A stretch of 64,000 nt of DNA from contig CM022671.1 of NCBI GenBank assembly GCA_012295275.1, positions 27,156,001-27,220,000 of the forward strand, given 5' to 3'. The translations under genes were made by a program, and so were the position numbers. Of the stretch, positions 11,914 to 22,100 are shown piece after piece. The notes under the pieces are model-generated. The model searched no databases. It was not told the DNA's origin and was given only the letters and a program-made list of their open reading frames with translations. Position 1 is the stretch's first letter; every line of letters starts with the position of its first letter. This DNA is from Chrysomallon squamiferum. Its lineage: Eukaryota; Animalia; Mollusca.

Positions 11914-13898
11914 GTTTCACACTGCATCAATTTAAAAACAGAAATGAATGATAATTATTATAATGCTTTTTAATGATGAAACATATTTTACCAACACATC
12001 ACAGTATTTTATATTATTTATCTCTGCTGGTAGTTTATAAACTTAACTTATCTTGAGTGGTGTAAAATAGTTTTTGTTGATACTCACCATTTTGGGACTG
12101 TAATAACCTGGTAAGTACTTCTCGCAAATAGCAACAAGGCACCAGAAGGCCTGTTCAGCAGGCATGTGCATCAACATGACAGCAGCGATGGGTGAATGTG
12201 CTTGACAGTAACCTTCCGCAGGATTGTGCAGAGTATAAGCTTTCAACACAGAAAACAGGTCTTCTTGAAAAAAAAAAAAAAAAAAAAAAATGAAAATAAC
12301 AAAAACTAATTATCAAAAAACAACAATATTATTCCAAGAAATAATAAACTACAAATTGTATTCCAATAGTCTTGATATAATTTGGTAAGTCAGACAGGCT
12401 TTTATGTTGGATAAATATTGAATGATTAAGACTGTCAAATCAGATATGTATATATATATATTCTATGGTAACACATATTTTCAAAAATGAATTAAAAACA
12501 GATACAGAATCATACCAGTAGCCATCTTTCTTTGTAAACATTTCGTGATGTGGAAACTGTCGATGCAAATCTTTAGTTATGTCATCCATATATTTTGCAT
12601 CCCCAGTTTGTTGTAAATAAGCCTGAAACCAAAAATATTTTTTTAAAAATAAAGTCATTATACTGAATCAATGTTAGAGATTTTGATTGTTTAAAACATT
12701 TTGAAACAGAAATTTTCATACTTTCAAAACAGAATATATATATATACACACACATACATATATAGAGATTATTATTTTTTTAAAATTCAAAAAATTTATA
12801 AAAAAAACAAACACAGAAAACCAACAATAAAAAACAGTAAACAGTTACAATAATCTGCTTTTATGAAATAGCAATACCTTTAAAATTTATACAAACCTGA
12901 AATCTGCCTTTGTTGTTTTCCATAACTGTTTCACTGCCACTTAAATACTGCCAAGCTCGAGCTCTCAGTGCTGAAGGTATACCTTTCCGACATCGATCTT
13001 TAACCTAAATAATACAGATTGAATGAAAGCAGACATAATATAATTTTCTTTTTCAACAAATTTTAAACAATTAGTTATAAATCTAGATGAAAATTTTTAT
13101 TATGGTTTACATCAAAATTCAAATATTAATTTTACCTTCTTAAACCTTTTGGTCATCCATTTCTCCCAGTTTTCAAACATATCAAGCCATTTAAGTTCTC
13201 CTTTCTTAACACCTCTGCTGGTAATCTTCTAACACTGTAAAGCATATATAAAAATTTGTTTTAGTTTCATACTTTTAAAAAGAGAATAAGCAATAACAAA
13301 ATTTACTGAAAACATAATCATATAATTATTTAATAAAATAATCAAAATATGGTGTAACTGATGAAATAGTAAAACTGAAACATTTACACATAATAAAAAA
13401 AAAAAAATTAGTTATTAAAAATAAATTAGTCTACAATTTGGTTTATGATTGCTATTTTGGTCCATTATATATGATCATTAGTCAAAGGTATATGCAAAAT
13501 ACCAAATTTTTTATGCAATAATTATTATTTCAATTTTTTTTTTTATTCTAATAATTTTTTATTTTATAAAAAGTGCTGTTAAGCATAATAATATCATCTG
13601 TCATGAAATATTGCTACAATTTGTCAATATAAAATAAACATCTTAAACAAGTTAATAAAAGTTGAAATACTGATAGTTAAACTTCTCAACTTAATACTCA
13701 CTCTTCCTCTGGATTTGTGTACTGTTTCCCTCCAAGAAAGCCGTATCTATCAACAATTACCATCATGCCCATACCCACTTCACCATTTGCACTGGCAATG
13801 TTGTTACCAGTTTGATCGCTCTCTTTTCTTTCATTGTCTATTGATTCAACATCCATGTCATTTTCAGACTTAGTTTTATCTGGATTAGCATTAGCCAT
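10891..13898 (-). pseudogene. TBC1D10A: TBC1D10 duplicate copy 2 (exons 1-7 plus the first 18 nt of exon 8), disabled
   Basis: The exon 1 peptide is identical to copy 1. Lesions: net 1-nt deletion in exon 2 at about 13201 (frameshift); exon 5 acceptor AG replaced by a poly-T run (plus-strand A run, about 12268-12290); 3-nt deletion and R>C in exon 7; G>R in exon 6; truncation at the duplication junction 10891. Confidence 0.9.
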
Positions 13899-15416
13899 TA
13901 GGTTTTGCAGTCTTACTGTCCTTTCATCAATGGGACATGTTAATGATTTCCAATGTCACTGTCACTGATAAATTTTGACAGCGACGCACTTAATTTACGC
14001 CACCATCATCGGACACTTCCGTGTAATAAAAATAAACGGCTTCTTGATTTTGTGAACAAAAATAGTATGCTTGAGAAAGAAAAACATGATCATACATAAA
14101 ATACCATAAATTAATATCTTTCTATTATAAGTCGGATTCGATATTAATTTTAAAAAATAAAGACCTCAACTCTTGGCACAAAATTCATCGTGATGGCCAT
14201 TTCACCTTAAACCAGAAGTGCACTAGGTTTTTATTTTATTTTTCCCCCCTACGCATGACCTTTATACCAACCGCCTTTATATGTTACGCTCTTGTTATAT
14301 CAGAAGGAATGGGACATAGGAATAGGAGAAAGGCAAACTGCCACAAACTACAAATCCAAAAATAATATTTTATTAAAACAATAAAAATTTATAATATTAT
14401 TAAAATTATATAAAAAGGAAAATGATTTAACTGCCCCTTTAAAATATATATAGTCACACACATGTACACAATTATGGATGAATGAATAAATGAAATTATG
14501 TAATTGCACACATGAAATGCGGCTAGTAATTAGACAGAAGCAGCAGCAGCAACGACACAAGTTAATTACATATAGGACTCTAAAAATATTACTAAAGGCG
14601 ATTTCCAGTAAGAATATATCTAAAAATGTTTGTTTTTTTTTTTTTTTCATATATATATATATATTTTTATTATTAGGAGTTTTATAAACATCTTTTGCTT
14701 AAAACAAAAAATATTTAATATAATTAACTGATATATTAATTTATTTTATTTTTAATATCATATAACGAAAATGCTTTATGACGTGGAACAATGAACACGA
14801 TAAAAAGAAACACCTTTACTCGGTTACTGTTATTACTTAAAATATGCAGTACCAGTCAATTAGAACTGACCCCCCCCCCATCAATTTTGTTTTTAACCTA
14901 TTCTCAGCTCCAAGAACTTATATACTTCAACATTATAACTTTGTTTTAATTTTTATATATATATAAGCAATTAAATTTTAATATTTATTAATGGTCAACG
15001 TACAACTGTCCGAACAAACAATTATCATTATAAAATTTGGACCTATGCATATCATAGGAAGCAAATGAAGCTCTCTGGAGACGTGGAACACACTTGTAGA
15101 ATGTTGCATACATAAATATAGTTCAGCATAATTATGATTTTTTTACTGTTATTTTAATTAATAACGTGATAATTTTAACATTGCTAATACGAACAAAAAT
15201 ATTTATGTAACATACTTAAAATTTAAACAAATAAACAACCAAATATATTTTTATGTGACATCATATAAGTAGTGCATAGGTCGACATTGTGTATTCAAGC
15301 GCATGTTGCACTTGGTCACTCAATTCCAGCTGACCAAATCATTTTATTTGTATACAAACTAATTTTATAAGTATTATTTTATATTTTTGGTGATGCGGTA
15401 AATAGGTATCACAAAA
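13899..15416. promoter_or_regulatory. Promoter copy 2, cut off about 85-95 bp before where the ATXN2 ATG would be; ETS site mutated
   Basis: Homologous to 5503-7017. It has CCAGAAGTG at 14212-14220 instead of CCGGAAGTG, and is joined at about 15417 to TBC1D10 intron 5 sequence. Confidence 0.65.
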
Positions 15417-15715
15417 ATAGGTATTTATATATTTATATATATATTTATATATACAGAGATATGAGAAAGATCAGAACAGCAACAAAAGAAATACTATTAG
15501 TAAACAGTTTTGGTTTTACTTTTTTTCTTTTTTTTTTAAATGTTTCACACTGCATCAGTTTAAAAACAGAAATGAATGATAATTATTATTATGCTTTTTA
15601 ATGATCAAACATATTTTACCAACACATCACAGTATTTTATATTATTTATCTCTGCTGGTAGTTTATAAACTTAACTTATCTTGAGTGGTGTAAAATAGTT
15701 TTCGTTGATACTCAC

Positions 15716-15898
15716 CATTTTGGGACTGTAATAACCTGGTAAGTACTTCTCGCAAATAGCAACAAGGCACCAGAAGGCCTGTTCGGCAGGCATGTGCATC
15801 AGCAGGACAGCAGCGATGGGTGCATGTGCCTGGCAGTAACCTTCCGCAGGATTGTGCAGAGTATAAGCTTTCAACACAGAAAACAGGTCTTCTTGACT

Positions 15899-15937
<39 letters not shown>

Positions 15938-17545
15938 AAAATGAAAATAACAAAAACTAATTCTCAAAAAACAACAATATTATTCCAAGAAATAATAAAC
16001 TACAAATTGTATTCCAATAGTCTTGATATAATTTGGTAAGTCAGACAGGCTTTTATGGTGGATAAATATTGAATGATTAAGACTGCCAAATCAGATATGT
16101 GTTAACATAGAATATATATATATATATATACACATTTCCAAAAATGAATTAAAAACAGATACAGAATCATACTCGTAGCCATCTTTCTTTGTAAACATTT
16201 CATGATGTGGAAACTGTCGATGCAAATCTTTAGTTATGTCATCCATATATTTTGCATCCCCAGTTTGTTGTAAATAAGCCTGAAACCAAAAATATTTTTT
16301 TTAAAATAAAGTCATTATACTGAAACAATGTTAGAGATTTTGATTGTTTAAAACATTTTGAAACAGAAATTTTTCATTCTTTCAAAACAGAATATATATA
16401 TACACACCCATACATATACAGAGATTATTATTTTTTAAAAATTCACAAAATTTATAAAAAAAACAAACACAGAAAACCAACAATAAAAACACAGTAAACA
16501 GTTACAATAATCTGCTTTTATGAAATAGCAATACCTTTAAAATTTATACAAACCTGAAATCTGCCTTTGTTGTTTTCCATAACTGTTTCACTGCCACTTA
16601 AATACTGCCAAGCTCGAGCTCTCAGTGCTGAAGGTATACCTTTCCGACATCGATCTTTAACCTAAATAATACAGATTGAATGAAAGCAGACATAATATAA
16701 TTTTCTTTTTCAACAAATTTTAAACAATTAGTTATAAATCTAGATGAAAATCTCCTATTTATTATGGTTTACATCAAAATTCAAATATTAATTTTTACCT
16801 TCTTAAACCTTTTGGTCATCCATTTCTCCCAGTTTTCAAACATATCAAGCCATTTAAGTTCGTTTTCTTAACACCTCTGCTGGTAATCTTCTAACACTGT
16901 AAAGCATATATAAAAATTTGTTTTAGTTTGATACTTTTAAAAAGAGAATAAGCAATAACAAAATTTACTGAAAACATAATCATATAATTATTTAATAAAA
17001 TAATCAAAATATGGTGTAACTGATGAAATAGTAAAACTGAAACATTTACACATACTAAAAAAAAAAAAATTAGTTATTAAAAATAAATTAGTCTACAATT
17101 TGGGTTTATGATTGCTATTTTGGTCCATTATATATGATCATTAGTCAAAGGTATAAGCAAAATTTCAAATTTTTTATGCAATAATTATTATTTCAATTTT
17201 TTGTATTTTATAAAAAGTGCTGTTAAGCATAATAATTAATATCATCTGTCATGAAATATTGCTACAATTTGTCAAATAAAATAAACATCTTAAACAAGTT
17301 AATAAAAGTTAAAATACTGATAGTTAATATTCTCAACTTAATACTCACTCTTCCTCTGGATTTGTGTACTGTTTCCCTCCAAGAAAGCCATATCTATCAA
17401 CAATTACCATCATGCCCATACCCACTTCACCATTTGCACTGGCAATGTTGTTACCAGTTTGATCGCTCTCTTTTCTTTCATTGTCTATTGATTCAACATC
17501 CATGTCATTTTCAGACTTAGTTTTATCTGGATTAGCATTAGCCAT
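15716..17545 (-). pseudogene. TBC1D10A: TBC1D10 duplicate copy 3 (exons 1-5 only), frameshifted
   Basis: Exon 1 at 17545-17349 encodes the same peptide as copy 1. A 2-nt deletion in exon 2 at 16860/16861 gives ...VLRKRT* (79 aa). Exon 5 is at 15896-15716, and the copy is truncated in intron 5 at the junction near 15417-15450. Confidence 0.9.
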
Positions 17546-19151
17546 TAGGTTTTGCAGTCTTACTGTCCTTTCATCAATGGGACATGTTAATGATTTCCAA
17601 TGTCACTGTCACTGATAAATTTTGACAGCGACTCACTTAATCTACGCCACCATCATCGGACACTTCCGTGTAATAAAAATAAACGGCTTCTTGATTTTGT
17701 GAACAAAAATAGTATGCTTGAGAAAGAAAAACATGATCATACATAAAATACCATAAATTAATATCTTTCTATTATAAGTCGGATTCGATAGTAATTTTAA
17801 AAAATAAAGACCTCAACTCTTGGCACAAAATTCATCGTGATGGCCATTTCACCTTAAACCGGAAGTGCACTAGGTTTTTATTTTATTTTTCCCCCTACGC
17901 ATAACCTTTATACCAACCGCCTTTATATGTTACGCTCTTGTTATATCAGAAGGAATGGGACATAGGAATAGGAAAAAGGCAAACTGCCACAAACTACAAA
18001 TCCAAAAATAATATTTTATAAAAACAATAAAAATTTATAATATTATTAAAATTATATAAAAAGGAAAATGATTTAACTGTCCTTTTAAAATATATATAGT
18101 CACACACATGTACACACTTATGGATGAATGAATAAATGAAATGATGTAATTGCACACATGAAATGCGGCTAGTAATTAGACAGAAGCAGCAGCAGCAACG
18201 ACACAAGTTAATTACATATAGGATTCTAAAAATATTACTAAAGGCGATTTCCAGTAAGAATATATCTAATAAATGTTTGTTGTTGTTTTTTTTTCAATTA
18301 TATATATATATTTATTATTAGGAGTTTTATAAACATCTTTTGCTTAAAACAAAAAATATTTAATATAATTAACTGATATATTAATTTATTTTATTTTTAA
18401 TATCATATAACGAAAATGCTTTATGACGTGGAACAATGAACACGATAAAAAGAAACACCTTTACTCGGTTACTGTTATTACTTAAAATATGCAGTACCAG
18501 TCAATTAGAACTGACCCCCCCCCGTCAATTTTTTTTAACCTATTCTCAGCTCCAAGAACTTATATACTTCAACATTATAACTTTGTTTTAATTTTTATAT
18601 ATATATAAGCAATTAAATTTTAATATTTATTAATGGTCAACGTACAACTGTCCGAACAAACAATTATCATTATAAAATTTGGACCTATGCATATCATAGG
18701 AAGCAAATGAAGCTCTCTGGAGACGTGGAACACACTTGTAGAATGTTGCATACATAAATATAGTTCAGCATAATTATGATTTTTTTACTGTTATTTTAAT
18801 TAATAACGTGCTTTCATTAATATTGCTAATACGAATAAAAATATTTATGTAACGTACTTAAAATTTAAACAAATAAACAACCAAATATATTTGTATGTGA
18901 CATCATATAAGTAGTGCGTAGGTCGACATTGTGTATTCAAGCGCATGTTGCACTTGGTCACTCAATTCCAGCTGACCAAATCATTTTATTTGTATACAAA
19001 CTAATTTTATAAGTATTATTTTATATTTTTGGTGATGCGGTAAATAGGTATCACAAAACTACACTAACGGCTGTAATCGGTTGCAATGTTTCAGTGATCT
19101 ACAGTGACTTTTATCGGAGCATTAGAGAGCTTGGGCCTTCCGTTTACGAGG
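17546..19151. promoter_or_regulatory. Bidirectional promoter copy 3 (truncated TBC1D10 / long ATXN2)
   Basis: Homologous to 5503-7102; the ETS motif CCGGAAGTG is intact at 17859-17867. Confidence 0.7.
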
Positions 19152-22100
19152 ATGTCGGCAAACTATAATGCTAGTAGTAGAAGGATTCCAAGAAGAAATA
19201 ATATTGGAAACGCAGGCCACCAACAAAGGTTTGTTCTCCTTTTTAATAATTAATTCAATATGTCCACGTTATTATAATTATACTAGCCACAGTAATTATA
19301 TTTTATACTTCAGGTGCTTTACAATCATGGCAATCGCCGCCATGGTGCCATTGAAAAATGGTGGTTGGGCCTGGTTACCCACATGCAAAGGTTACTGGTT
19401 TATATACTTTGAAGTGTATATTTCTTAAATGTTTTTAGAGTGGATATTAACACATATATGATTAATTAAATGATGTCAAAATGTAAAAAATACAAAGTTA
19501 AACAATATTAACAAAATCTAGATTTACAATAAAACAAATATAGGGGTGTTTGTGTTGCTGATTCAGTGATTAATAATGACATCAGACATATTCTTTTCAG
19601 ATATTTTTACTTAATTAATTTATTGAGGATAAGCATTTTATCATATCAAATATTTTCAAATTATTAAGTCATTGATTAAATTATACTGAGAGCCACTGGT
19701 TTATATAATCTACACAAATATTGATTATCATTAAAGTAACTGTTACTGTATTAACTTGCTTAGTTATTATATATGTAATAATACATTTGGGTTATAATTT
19801 GAAAAATCATTAACAGTTGAGTTTTCAAAGAATGGAAATTTAATTATTAATTCATTTTTATAATAAGTAGACCTGGGTATTAATCTACCTGCACCCCCCC
19901 CAATTTTTTTATATTTTTTATATATACACTAAAAGATAAGTGGTTAAATACAGCAGATTGAAGCAAACGATTCTTCAACATTTCAAGCCATCAGAAAAAT
20001 CCTTCCGTTTATCGATGATAACCAAGGGGGGGATGTGGGAGTAAATCTTTACATTTTTGTATTTTCTTTTATACTGAAATATCGGTTAACCAGGAATTGA
20101 GGTCATGCTTAATTATGGATATAGTGATAGGAAAATTATTTTGAAAAGGATCATATCAGATATATGTTTTAATAATTTACTCTTGAGTGAATTAAGTATT
20201 GACAATTATCAACATATTTGTAATAAAGACTAACAGATAATTTTATTTGCCACTTAAACAAATATTTTTACATATTTTATGCCATTGTTCATGTTGAATA
20301 TTGAGATTTATTAGTTCTGAAAAATCAAATTAAAGTTGCAAATACATTCCTTACAATTGTAATGAAGTTGTTGTTTCTTTATTTTGTTAAATGTTTTTAA
20401 CATGTTTATTAGTGTGGATATTTTATAATGAATTTCTGGTGGCAGTTAAAAACAAAAACTAACATCAGTAGATTATCTGCAGTTCTTTTGTGGTTTGTAA
20501 ACAACAGACTAATCATGATCAAACAGCTGCGGGAAATAATATAGTCAATATATTCATAATAAGATTGTGTATTTATTTGTAATTGGCAACTTTCAGTACA
20601 GTTGATTTCATCAAAGAACAAACTATTTTTACTAATAGACGATGTGTCTAGAACTGGACTGAATTTGTTGGATGTGTTAGTATCAGCTGCTATTTGAAAC
20701 AGAGTTTGACAGATGTGCTAATCCAGTGCCTAAGATCTTGTGTGTCTATTTCTAGGAGGCTGAGAAATATAATATTAATGTTTGTCATCACACAACAATA
20801 ACATTGAAAATAAAAAAGTATATTTCACTTGAAATAGCTCTTTGTAAAATACCAAATTTGTTATATGTATATTTTAATGTATAAATGTTGTTAGTTTTCT
20901 GTTTTATTTCAAGTTTCATAAGTATTAATTACACTTAATGTGTAATTCAATTGGTTATACAGAAATGTTAAAGAGGCTTGTAATTATTAATGTAGACAAT
21001 ACTCATCAGTGTCAATAAAACATAAATCAAGTTGACCTTTAAATATCTGTGTTTGTTTTATCTTTCGTTTTCTTGTTTAACATGTTTGACATGAAATTAT
21101 TTTGTGATCACAATATGAGCTGTCATAAATCAATAATGAAAATAATTTAAAATTTTTTAAAATGGCCACTGAATTGTCAGTTAAATTTTTCTAAATAAAT
21201 AGTTGCTTTTTTATCATTGACAGTGGGGTTTTGCAGAAAGATTTTACAGAAAAAAGGCAAAATGTTAAGAAAAGATGATGAACAAAGAGATTCCATCCTT
21301 ATCATTATTTAGATAGGATTATCACTGTATTTTACACAAGTAAAGTGCATATTTCAACAGAGATATTTTCCCCATTATTGTTTAACATAAAAACAAATTA
21401 AAAAAGAATGAACCTTTATTAATTTATTTTTAAATCCCTTTTTCTGAGGTAATGTCAGTTAAAAGTGAAAAGCTTAGTTTGGAATTATTTTAACTTGTTT
21501 TATGCCTGTATAGATGCTCATCAAACACTTACAAAACAACATTTTGAGATATTTAAACAAATATTCATGATTTATCTAGACACCTGAGAATTATGCAAAT
21601 TAAATCAATATCAACTGTTACATTAACAAATAAATTATATGTATTTTGTTTTGTCTGTCTTTAAAATAGTTTTAAAATTGGTGACTGCTGTTTGCATTCT
21701 TAGCTTTGTTTCTTATACTAAATCATGATCAGCTTGAATAAATTTTAATTTTTAAGATGTTTCACTGGTGTTGATCAAGTATAATGTGTATTTTAATTTT
21801 ATCTTGATATTTTTGTATTTCAGACCACATCAGAAAAGATATGCTGTTGAAAAACCCCAGGTATCGCATTTATTAGCGGTCAGTTTTAAATCTTTTTTAA
21901 CCTTAAAATTAAACAAAAAATTAAAAGCCCAGTATATTATTATGTGTCACAAATGTGAAAAAAACACATCAAACAAACCAAAAACCTTTTAAATTCTATT
22001 TTCAAAATATAATCAGTTACAATTTCATTGATTTTATCCTTTTACTTAGTTTTTGTACAGTTTTATTGTCTGTATAAAATATTATGCTGACAATATGATC

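Larger units (their letters stand above)
11772..19058. repeat. Nested tandem duplication unit B: two copies of about 3.63 kb (11772-15398 and 15399-19040)
   Basis: Each unit holds TBC1D10 exons 5 to 1 plus the promoter. The units are delimited by the 18-mer taaataggtatcacaaaa at 11772, 15399 and 19041. Confidence 0.93.

Noticed and set aside
10891-17545. Retrocopies of TBC1D10
   Set aside because: Introns and promoter are retained, so this is a DNA-level duplication.
15399-19040. Gene-conversion mosaic (copy 3 matches copy 1 at some sites and copy 2 at others)
   Set aside because: The pattern is interleaved and equally explained by private mutations in each copy; an alignment with an outgroup is needed.
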